This document shows, piece after piece, positions 1 through 7,539 of a stretch of DNA of 64,000 bases. Source of the DNA: Candidatus Latescibacterota bacterium (GTDB lineage Bacteria > Latescibacterota > UBA2968 > UBA8231). Below the pieces are notes generated by a model. That model saw nothing but the letters and a program-made list of their open reading frames with translations. It made no database searches and was not told the DNA's origin. Position 1 is the first letter of the stretch. Every line of letters starts with the position of its first letter. The position numbers and the translations under genes were made by a program. The stretch lies in contig OZ244561.1 of assembly GCA_965217585.1 (NCBI GenBank), positions 3,648,001 to 3,712,000 on the forward strand, written 5' to 3'.

Positions 1-660
1 GGCGAACAGCGCACCAGGCGGCCCCAACCCCACACCGAGATCCCGAGGCGACAATTCTCCTTGCGCCAGCTCTTCGGCTCCCGTGAGCTGGATCCAGTCT
101 ATTTCTAAAAACTTGGGATGGTTGTCTATATCCCAAGAGTCTCGGTATAACATCATGTCTATACTGATAGTATAGAGGGTGTCCTGCCAGATGATCTCCC
201 GCTCTTGGTCTGCTGCCAAGGCGCGTGGATCTAGGGTGATTTCTTCCCATTCGATGGGATAGGGTTGCAGACCTGTCCCCGTGACACTAGGCCTCTCTTT
301 AGGGTCTTTAGGGTGGCGTCTTTGCTCGGCGTTAGACCAGTACATCTTGAGTGGCCCCTCAGTGGGGCTATGGTGGATGAGGCGCAGCCGTAGGGTGAGG
401 CGGTCGAACAGGGCCGAGTCTTGACCAATTAGCGGCGCGCGCAATTCAACAGTGGGTCTGCGACCCGGTACCGGCGCAATGCGCCAGACGCCATCGACGA
501 TTTCGGTCTGTAGTGGGTCGTTACTGCCTAGTTTGTTGCTATAACTAGCACTTTCCAGGGCGGTCCAGCCCCAGGTGGAGCCGTCGTCGAAATCCCACGT
601 TAGGGCAAAGGCTCCGCATGGAGCGGCCACCAATAGAATTGCAAAGAGAACGCGGCGCAT
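1..660 (-). CDS. Secreted FG-GAP/T9SS-CTD family paralog, 5' part (runs off the window start)
   Basis: ATG at 660, open to position 1: MRRVLFAILLVAAPCGAFALTWDFDDGSTWGWTA...FLEIDWIQLTGAEELAQGELSP, collinear with the N-termini of the four complete paralogs. Not in the ORF track because it has no stop in the window. Confidence 0.9.
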   Translation of the reverse strand, partial: MRRVLFAILLVAAPCGAFALTWDFDDGSTWGWTALESASYSNKLGSNDPLQTEIVDGVWRIAPVPGRRPTVELRAPLIGQDSALFDRLTLRLRLIHHSPTEGPLKMYWSNAEQRRHPKDPKERPSVTGTGLQPYPIEWEEITLDPRALAADQEREIIWQDTLYTISIDMMLYRDSWDIDNHPKFLEIDWIQLTGAEELAQGELSPRDLGVGLGPPGALFA

Positions 661-720
661 TGTTTACCTCCAGAGTTTGTGGTCGTGTGGTTTAGATTTC
701 TCAGCTTCAAGCCCTGTCGC

Positions 721-2826
721 CTATTCGAGTTTGACCATTTTGCGGGTGCGCGTCTGGTCGTCCACCTGCAACCGATACATATAGACTCCGGCGGCGACGG
801 GATGGCCCCGCGCGTCGCGGCCATCCCAAGTCAGCTCGTGCTCGCCAGCGGGCAGCGGCCCCGTCCACACTTGGCGCATCGGCTGCCCTAGGACATTGTA
901 AATGGTTAAGTCCACGTTCTTGGCTCCGGCGGGTACGGCCAAGGGGATGGTTGTGGCGGGATTGAACGGGTTAGGGTAGTTGGCACCGAGGGCAAAGGCC
1001 GTTGGCGTGGTCGCCTCGGCCGCTACGGCGGTGGCCGGGGTGCCTTGGTTGACCAAGACGAAGACGCCGCCGAGGCCGCTTGCCGGATTCGTTCCCAGCA
1101 CGACCAGATCGGTGTCGCCATCGCCGTTTACGTCGCTGGCGAGCACCTGATTGCCCTCGCCGGGCAGGGGGTAGTAGCCTTCGAGGACGGGCACGCCATT
1201 GCGCTGGCCGAGTAATACTACCAATGCCGGACCGACGGTCGAGTTGCCAGCGATTAGGGCCACATCCAGCACGCCATCGCCGTTGAGGTCACTGGCGCTG
1301 GCCACTGACGGGAGCACCTTCCAGTCGAGCAAGGAATCGCGCGTCCACCCGCCGGAGGCGTCCAGACGCCACAGGGCTAAGCCGTAGTAGTCGGTGTTGC
1401 CAAGGAACGTATCTATGCTCTCATGGGAGCCGAGTAGGTCCACCATCCCATCGCCATCGAGATCGGCCCGCAGGTGCAGAGCACAGGGATTGACCACGGC
1501 CTCGACAGTGAGCGGCGGTTCTTGGACGGCGGCCCACGGCCGAGTCAGTTGCCAGGAGTTTTGGGAATCATAACAGGATCCGTTCCACAATAGGGTCGCG
1601 GCTTCGCCGAGGGGTTGCCCGGCGGATAGGTAGGCCCAGCGCGACTCCTCGCTGCCGAGGACGAAGGTATCGCTATCGACAAAGTCGTAGCCGTCGTTGA
1701 TCCACATAATCACTTGGGACGGAGCATCGCCAACCAACAAGTCCACATCGCCGTCGCCGTCGCCATCGGCCAAGCCAACGAGCGCGACGCCGGACAGTTG
1801 CAGGGTGGGATCAAAGCCGCCGCCCCAGTTATACCACAGTTCGACGATCCCCCTTTCGGCAGTGACCAAATCGAGGAGTCCATCGCCGTCGAAGTCGCTC
1901 CCCCGGAGGTCATTAAATGGACCATACTCAGAAGAGGGTATGGTTGAGAGGGGGACCTCTTGGGTGGGCTCAAAGCGGCCTAGCCCGTCGTTGGACGCCA
2001 CCGTCCAGCCCAGTTGTATTTCGCGGTCCATGAGGCGGTTCCAGAGCACCACGAGATCCGCATCGCCATCGCCGTCTACGTCGCCCACCGCGCCGCGCGA
2101 TCTTGGCCGACTGCTTTGCCAAATGTCTGGGGCACCGATGCCTTCGCCTAGCGGAAAAAAGTCGGGTTCGGCGAATAGCGTGCCGGGCGGCCCCAACTCC
2201 ACACCGAGATCCTCTGGCGACAATTCCCCCTGCGCCAACTCTTCGGTCCCTGTGAGCTGGATCCAGTCTAGTTCTAAAAACTTGGGATGGTTGTCCACGT
2301 CCTGCGAGTCCCGATATAACAGCATGTCTATCTGAAAATTGAAGAGGGTATCCTGCCAGGTGATCGCCCATTCTGTGTCTGCTTCTGCCAAGGCGCGTAG
2401 ATCTACGGTGATGTCTTCCCATTCGAGGGGATAAGATTGAGTACGGCCCGTACAAAGCAGCCCGTTTGTGCCAGAGTCAGAGAGGCGTCTGTACGCGGCG
2501 TTGGACCAGCATATCGAGAATAGTTCCTCGGTGGGGCTATGGTGTATGATGCGCAGCCGGAGGGTGAGGCGGTCGAACAGAGCCGAGTCTTTGCCGATCA
2601 ACGGCGAGCGCAATTGAACGGTGGGTCTGCGACCCGGCACGGGCGCAATGCGCCAGACGCCATCGACGATTTCGCTGTGTAATGGCTCTCTACTACCTCT
2701 TATATTGCTATCATCACCTTCCCGGGCGGTCCAGCCATAGGTAGAGCCGTCGTCGAAATCCCACGTTAGGGCAACCGCTCCGCGCGGAGCGAGCAACAAT
2801 AAAATTGCCAAGAACATGTAGCGCAT
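721..2826 (-). CDS. Secreted FG-GAP repeat protein with C-terminal T9SS type-A/FlgD-Ig-like domain
   Basis: 701 aa. Signal peptide, repeated GDVDGDGDADL/DFDGDGLLDL/DLNGDGVLDV motifs, C-terminal NYPNPFNP...IYNVLGQ...WDGRD...AAGVY.YRL...RKMVKLE. Confidence 0.92.
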   Translation of the reverse strand: MRYMFLAILLLLAPRGAVALTWDFDDGSTYGWTAREGDDSNIRGSREPLHSEIVDGVWRIAPVPGRRPTVQLRSPLIGKDSALFDRLTLRLRIIHHSPTEELFSICWSNAAYRRLSDSGTNGLLCTGRTQSYPLEWEDITVDLRALAEADTEWAITWQDTLFNFQIDMLLYRDSQDVDNHPKFLELDWIQLTGTEELAQGELSPEDLGVELGPPGTLFAEPDFFPLGEGIGAPDIWQSSRPRSRGAVGDVDGDGDADLVVLWNRLMDREIQLGWTVASNDGLGRFEPTQEVPLSTIPSSEYGPFNDLRGSDFDGDGLLDLVTAERGIVELWYNWGGGFDPTLQLSGVALVGLADGDGDGDVDLLVGDAPSQVIMWINDGYDFVDSDTFVLGSEESRWAYLSAGQPLGEAATLLWNGSCYDSQNSWQLTRPWAAVQEPPLTVEAVVNPCALHLRADLDGDGMVDLLGSHESIDTFLGNTDYYGLALWRLDASGGWTRDSLLDWKVLPSVASASDLNGDGVLDVALIAGNSTVGPALVVLLGQRNGVPVLEGYYPLPGEGNQVLASDVNGDGDTDLVVLGTNPASGLGGVFVLVNQGTPATAVAAEATTPTAFALGANYPNPFNPATTIPLAVPAGAKNVDLTIYNVLGQPMRQVWTGPLPAGEHELTWDGRDARGHPVAAGVYMYRLQVDDQTRTRKMVKLE

Positions 2827-2851
2827 AGCTTTTCTCCAGAGGTCGGCTCGC

Positions 2852-2885
2852 CTATTCGAGTTTGACCATTTTGCGGGTGCGCGTC
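2852..2885 (-). pseudogene. Orphan 34-bp remnant of the FG-GAP family 3' end (TRTRKMVKLE*)
   Basis: ctattcgagtttgaccattttgcgggtgcgcgtc is identical to 721-754 but has no gene body attached. Confidence 0.85.
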
Positions 2886-2922
2886 GTGCTTAATTAAACC
2901 GCATTGATCTTAAAACGGCTTC

Positions 2923-5001
2923 TCACAAGCTCTTCTCGATCGTCGCTACAGTCGCGTCTGTATTCCCCCTGAGGCCATGATGCTCCACGATCAGCCCTTG
3001 GGAGTCCACCAAGTAATACGAAGGTATGCCACTCACTTGGTAGGTTTTGGCTACCTCCGCATTCCAGCCGTCCGCCCGCACGTGGACGCCTTTGATCTCG
3101 TGTTTATCAATCGCCTCTCGCCAATCAGCCTCATCCGCGTCCAGCGATATGTTGAGGAAGACGACCGGCCAGTCGGCCGTTTTTTCCTTGACTTGGCGGA
3201 GATAGGGCAGGTCGCCGATACACGGCACGCACCAACTCGCCCAGAAGTCGAGCAGAACCACCTGCCCCTTGAACTGGCTCAGCGATACGGGTTGGTCGTC
3301 GAGATTAGGGAAGGTGAATTCGGGCGCGGGTTGTCCGGGTTGCAGCTTCATAGCTCTATCCAGAACCGCTTGGACGGCCTCATTGTACTCTGGGTGCGGG
3401 TTGATCTGCTGGAAATCTTCCCACTTGCGCTGGGCCGCTGCAAAGCCTGCACTGCCACTGCGCTTGAGCGTATTGATCAGCTCTCCGGCTAAAAACCAGT
3501 AGAGCACTCTCCCTTCCAGTTTTTCTTTAGCCAGATCGTATCTAGTAGGCCCAAACCACTGTCCGCTTTCGGCATAGATCGAGTCGAGTTGCGCTTGGGC
3601 GGCGTCCGCCAGCCCCAAGCCCGATAGATCGATCTTCGCCGATAGCTCGAGCGGTTGACGATGTTCGTACAGGGAGTCGAGTTGCGCTTGGGCGGCGTCC
3701 GACAGCCCCAAGCCCGACAGATCGATCTTCGCCGACAGCTTGGGAGGCTCTTTGGCGAGGGAATCCAACCGTACTCCACGAGGTATGTAGAACACCAACG
3801 CTCCGTCCGTCGTATCCGCCCTAGGCGACTTCTCTTCCTCACTTAATAACGGGTAGATGTTAAGGGACCTAGCGGACTTTTCGTACAGAGAGTCGAGTTG
3901 CGCCTGGGCACTCGCCGAAACACCAAACGCCGACAAATCGTACAGTTCGGACAGCTTGAGCCATCGGCCATCCTTTTCGTACAGGGAATCAACCTGGGCT
4001 TGGGCACTCGCCGAAACACCAAATGCCGACAAAGCGACCATTTTCGACAGCACGGGCTGGCGGCCGTCCTTTTCGTACAGGGAGTCGAGTTGCGCTTGGG
4101 TCTCCTCCGATAACTCCAAACCCGATAGATCGTACATCTTGGACAGCTTGGGGTTATCGTCATGGTCATGGTCTTCTCCCCAGCCGAGGGTGCGCTCCAG
4201 AAACCAGCGATATTGGGCTACGCCTATGGCCTTTTCGTCCACTAGGGGAAACTCCTGTAGGAAGTCGTAGTACTCCGGGGTGATGTCTCTGTTCTCGCGT
4301 CCGTTGGCAAACTGGTAGTTCGTCGGGTAATTAAACATCCTATTAGCCCACTCATAGTTGACGTAGGCCGTCACATAGTCGATGCACCCTGAAGACAGCG
4401 CGTATTGCTCGCGCCCTGCGGCCAAGGACTCGAACTGATCCCGCCGCCACTGTTCCATTAGGCGAGAAAACTCTTCTAACTCCAGACCCTCGTATTCGAG
4501 GCGTAAGGGGTGGGATCGCGGGCTCCACTTGGAAGTAAAGCGGCTGTTTTCCGCGTTGGAGCCGCTGAACGAGTAGGAAGGACCGAAAAAGCCCTCCTCC
4601 ACGGCCACGTGCAGACTGTCGCCGGGTTCGACGAAGAGCGTTAGGGAATTGGGATCAGAGAAGAAGGCGTCTAGCCACTGCACCCATTGCCATCTCGGCT
4701 GCCTGCCTTCGAAATACCCCCTGACGAAGGTCCCTCGGACGACAGGCAGCTCAAAGGCGAAGCGATCTAGGCTGTCGAGCGTGACGCGCTGCCCGGAGCC
4801 TTCCAGCGCCGCCGGCGATTCGTACCTAAATGTGATTTCCCGCGAGCGAGGATCCTGGACTTCGCCGGTGATGATCGCAACCGATGGCTGGTTCTGAGCG
4901 CTTTCTGCAGCCAGATCAACACTCGACGCCATGATTTCGCTGTGCACTGAGGCTCCGTGTAGAGCCGCCAACAATCCAATCGCTAAGAGAATGCGGCGCA
5001 T
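2923..5001 (-). CDS. Secreted TlpA/ResA-like thiol-disulfide oxidoreductase with internal ~31-aa repeats
   Basis: Start reassigned to ATG 5001 (MRRILLAIGLL, GGAGG upstream). C-terminal GQPAPEFT...VVLLDFWASWCVPC...GIPSYYLVD thioredoxin-like domain. Confidence 0.9.
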   Translation of the reverse strand: MRRILLAIGLLAALHGASVHSEIMASSVDLAAESAQNQPSVAIITGEVQDPRSREITFRYESPAALEGSGQRVTLDSLDRFAFELPVVRGTFVRGYFEGRQPRWQWVQWLDAFFSDPNSLTLFVEPGDSLHVAVEEGFFGPSYSFSGSNAENSRFTSKWSPRSHPLRLEYEGLELEEFSRLMEQWRRDQFESLAAGREQYALSSGCIDYVTAYVNYEWANRMFNYPTNYQFANGRENRDITPEYYDFLQEFPLVDEKAIGVAQYRWFLERTLGWGEDHDHDDNPKLSKMYDLSGLELSEETQAQLDSLYEKDGRQPVLSKMVALSAFGVSASAQAQVDSLYEKDGRWLKLSELYDLSAFGVSASAQAQLDSLYEKSARSLNIYPLLSEEEKSPRADTTDGALVFYIPRGVRLDSLAKEPPKLSAKIDLSGLGLSDAAQAQLDSLYEHRQPLELSAKIDLSGLGLADAAQAQLDSIYAESGQWFGPTRYDLAKEKLEGRVLYWFLAGELINTLKRSGSAGFAAAQRKWEDFQQINPHPEYNEAVQAVLDRAMKLQPGQPAPEFTFPNLDDQPVSLSQFKGQVVLLDFWASWCVPCIGDLPYLRQVKEKTADWPVVFLNISLDADEADWREAIDKHEIKGVHVRADGWNAEVAKTYQVSGIPSYYLVDSQGLIVEHHGLRGNTDATVATIEKSL
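3570..4152 (-). repeat. Five ~31-32-aa repeats (LSxxxDLSxxGxSxxxQAQLDSLYE) in the TlpA-like gene
   Basis: Three units at 96-bp period, then a spacer, then two units at 93-bp period; visible in both DNA and protein. Confidence 0.85.
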
Positions 5002-5062
5002 AATACACCTCCAGAGTTTGTGGTAGTGTGGTTTAGCTTCTTCATCTCCAGGCCCCATCCGC

Positions 5063-7237
5063 CTATTCGATTTTGACCATTTTGCGGGTGCGCGTCTGCT
5101 CGCCCACCTGCACCCGATACACATAGACTCCAGCGGCGACGGGGTGGCCTTGTGCATCTCGGCCATCCCAAGTCAGCGCGTGTTCGCCGGCGGGCAGCGG
5201 CCCCGTCCACACGTGGCGCAGCGGCTGCCCCAAAACATTGTAGATGGTTAAGTCCACATTTTTGGCTCCGTTGGGCACGGCCAAGGGGATGGTTGTGGCG
5301 GGGTTGAATGGATTGGGGTAGTTGGCCCCGAGGGCAAAGGCCGTTGGCGTGGTCGTCTCGTCAGCTACGGCCGTGGCTGGGGTGCCTTGGTTGATAAAGA
5401 CGGAGACGCCGCCGAGGTCGCTTGCAACGCTCGTTCCTAGCACGACTAGATCGGTGTTGCCATCGCCGTTCACGTCGCCGGCGAGTACTTGACTGCCTTT
5501 GCCTGGGAGGGGGTAGTAGCCTTCGAGGACGGGTATGCTGTTGCGCTGGCCGAGCAACACCACGAGTGCCGGACCGACGGTCGAGTTGCCAGCGACCATA
5601 GCCACATCCAGCACGCCATCGCCGTTGAGGTCGCTGGCGCTGGTCACTGACGGGAGCACCTTCCAGTCGAGCAGGGTGTCGCGCGTCCACCCGCCGGAGG
5701 CGTCCAAACGCCACAGGGCCAAGCCGTAGTAGTCGGTTTCAAGGAACGTATCTATGCTTTCGGGGGAGCCGAGTAGGTCCATCGTTCCATCGCCATCGAG
5801 GTCGGCCAGCAGGTGCAGGGCGCAGGGATTGATCGGGGCCTCAAAAGAGAGCGGCGGTTCTTGGGTGGCGGCCCACGGCTGGGTTAGTTGCCAGGAGCTT
5901 TGGGACTCAAAGCAGGATCCGTTCCACAACAGGCTTGCAGCTTCGCCCAAGGGTTGCCCGGCGGACAGGTAGGCCCAGCGCGCCTCCTCCCAAGGCGTCT
6001 CCTCGCTGGCGAGTCCATGCTCATCCGTCTCTTCGCTGTGTACCTCATTGCTGTCGAGAGCGAATCTATCGTCGAGGACGAATCTATCACTGTTGACAAA
6101 GTCGTAGCCGTCGTTGATCCACATAATCACTTGGGACGGAGCATCGCCGACCAACAAGTCCACATCGCCGTCGCCGTCGCCATCGGCCAAGCCAACGAGC
6201 GAGACGCCGGACAGTTGCAGGGTGGGATCAAAGCCGCCACCCCAGTTGTACCACACTTCGACGATTCCGCCTTCGGCAACGACCAGATCTAGGAGTCCAT
6301 CGCCGTCGAAGTCGCTTCCCCAGAGATAAAAGAATGGAGTATAGTCAGAAGAGGGTGTGGTTGAGAGGGGGACCTCTTGGGTGGGTTCAAAGCTGCCTAG
6401 CCCGTCGTTGGACGCCACCGTCCAGCCCAGTTGTCTTTCGCCGTCCACGAGGCGGTTCCAAGCCACCACGAGATCCGCATCGCCATCGCCGTCCACGTCG
6501 CCCACTGCGCCGTGCGATTCTTGCGAACTGCTTTGCCAACGGCTTGGGATGCCGATGCCCTCTCCGAGCGGAAAAAAGTCGGGTTCGGCAAACAAGGTGC
6601 CGGGCGGCCCCAACTCCACACCGAGATCCCTAGGCGACAATTCCCCCTGCGCCAACTCTTCGGCCCCTGTGAGCTGAATCCAGTCTAGTTCTAAAAACTT
6701 GGGATGGTTGTTCACGTCCTGAGAGTCTCGGTATAACATCATGTCTATACGAATAGTATAGAGGGTATCCTGCCAGATGATCTCCTGCTCTGGATATGCT
6801 TCTACCAAGGCGCGTAGATCTACGGTGAGGTCTTCCCATTCGAGGGGATAGGGTTGAAGATCTCTCCACGTGCTAGACCTCCCTTTAAGGAGGCGTCTTC
6901 TCTCGGCATTGGACCAGTACATCCAGAATGGTCCCTCGGTGGGACTGTGGTGTATGAGGCGCAGCCGTAGGGTGAGGCGGTCGAACAGGGCCGAGTCTTT
7001 GCCGATCAACGGCGAGCGCAATTGAACGGTGGGTCTGCGACCAGGCACGGGCGCAATGCGCCAGACGCCATCGATGACTTCGCTGTGTAGTGGTTCGCGA
7101 CTGCCTGATTTATTGGTATAAGTGGAGCTTTCCCGGGCGGTCCAGCCCCAAGTGGAGCCGTCGGCGAAATCCCACGTTAGGGCAAAGGTTCCAAATGGAG
7201 CCGCCAACAATAGAATTGCAAAGAGAAAACAGCGCAT
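5063..7237 (-). CDS. Secreted FG-GAP repeat protein with T9SS/FlgD-Ig-like CTD
   Basis: 724 aa paralog with the same architecture as 721..2826. Confidence 0.92.
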   Translation of the reverse strand: MRCFLFAILLLAAPFGTFALTWDFADGSTWGWTARESSTYTNKSGSREPLHSEVIDGVWRIAPVPGRRPTVQLRSPLIGKDSALFDRLTLRLRLIHHSPTEGPFWMYWSNAERRRLLKGRSSTWRDLQPYPLEWEDLTVDLRALVEAYPEQEIIWQDTLYTIRIDMMLYRDSQDVNNHPKFLELDWIQLTGAEELAQGELSPRDLGVELGPPGTLFAEPDFFPLGEGIGIPSRWQSSSQESHGAVGDVDGDGDADLVVAWNRLVDGERQLGWTVASNDGLGSFEPTQEVPLSTTPSSDYTPFFYLWGSDFDGDGLLDLVVAEGGIVEVWYNWGGGFDPTLQLSGVSLVGLADGDGDGDVDLLVGDAPSQVIMWINDGYDFVNSDRFVLDDRFALDSNEVHSEETDEHGLASEETPWEEARWAYLSAGQPLGEAASLLWNGSCFESQSSWQLTQPWAATQEPPLSFEAPINPCALHLLADLDGDGTMDLLGSPESIDTFLETDYYGLALWRLDASGGWTRDTLLDWKVLPSVTSASDLNGDGVLDVAMVAGNSTVGPALVVLLGQRNSIPVLEGYYPLPGKGSQVLAGDVNGDGNTDLVVLGTSVASDLGGVSVFINQGTPATAVADETTTPTAFALGANYPNPFNPATTIPLAVPNGAKNVDLTIYNVLGQPLRHVWTGPLPAGEHALTWDGRDAQGHPVAAGVYVYRVQVGEQTRTRKMVKIE

Positions 7238-7253
7238 AGGATCACCTATAGGA

Positions 7254-7418
7254 TTTTGGTCGTTTTGACGCCCTGTAGGTTAAGATACTTGCACATTCCG
7301 TGCCAAATGTCAGACCGCTCATAAAAAAATCCTTCAGGAGTACCCTAAAGAATTGAAAATATAGTAGTTAAAAACGTGAATTTATTTTTCCTAGGCGTTG
7401 CGCCTGCCGTCGGTGCAA
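7254..7418. repeat. ~165-bp duplicated upstream region, copy 1 (copy 2 at ~11815-11979)
   Basis: ttttggtcgttttgacgccctgt...attgaaaatatagtagttaaaa...ctaggcgttgcgcctgccgtcg is shared with 11815-11979. Confidence 0.9.
7289..7305 (-). promoter_or_regulatory. sigma-54 (-24/-12) promoter upstream of 5063..7237
   Basis: Minus strand reads TGGCACGGAATGTGCAA, i.e. GG-N10-GC with TGGCAC, about 50 bp upstream of the ATG. Confidence 0.75.
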
Positions 7419-7425
7419 GGTTTTC

Positions 7426-7480
7426 CACGTTTTTCCGTGGATTTTCCACGACTTTCCGTGAACTTCCACGACTTTCCGTG
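7426..7480. promoter_or_regulatory. Triple inverted repeat CACG-N6-CGTG (putative enhancer/UAS)
   Basis: Copies at 7426-7439, 7447-7460 and 7467-7480; 21/20-bp spacing; 120-175 bp upstream of the sigma-54 motif. Confidence 0.6.
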
Positions 7481-7539
7481 TTGGCCACGCCGCCAAGAAG
7501 CCCGCCGGAATGTGGCTTTATTCAATGTGCTCAACTCGT

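Noticed and set aside
2852-2922. Integron attC site
   Set aside because: No RYYYAAC...GTTRRRY ends or long imperfect hairpin and no integrase; the element is a coding 3'-end remnant.
5002-5166. N-terminal extensions in the ORF track (747-aa and 753-aa calls; also extended starts for coaD, def, pilM/pilN-like, the SDR and the ABC ATPase)
   Set aside because: They overlap the upstream gene in another frame; better starts with an RBS, signal peptide or family N-terminus lie downstream.
7421-7480. Mini-CRISPR reading of the 20-21-bp period repeats (also 11999-12052)
   Set aside because: Period far too short, no unique 25-45-bp spacers, no cas genes; the geometry fits protein-binding sites.
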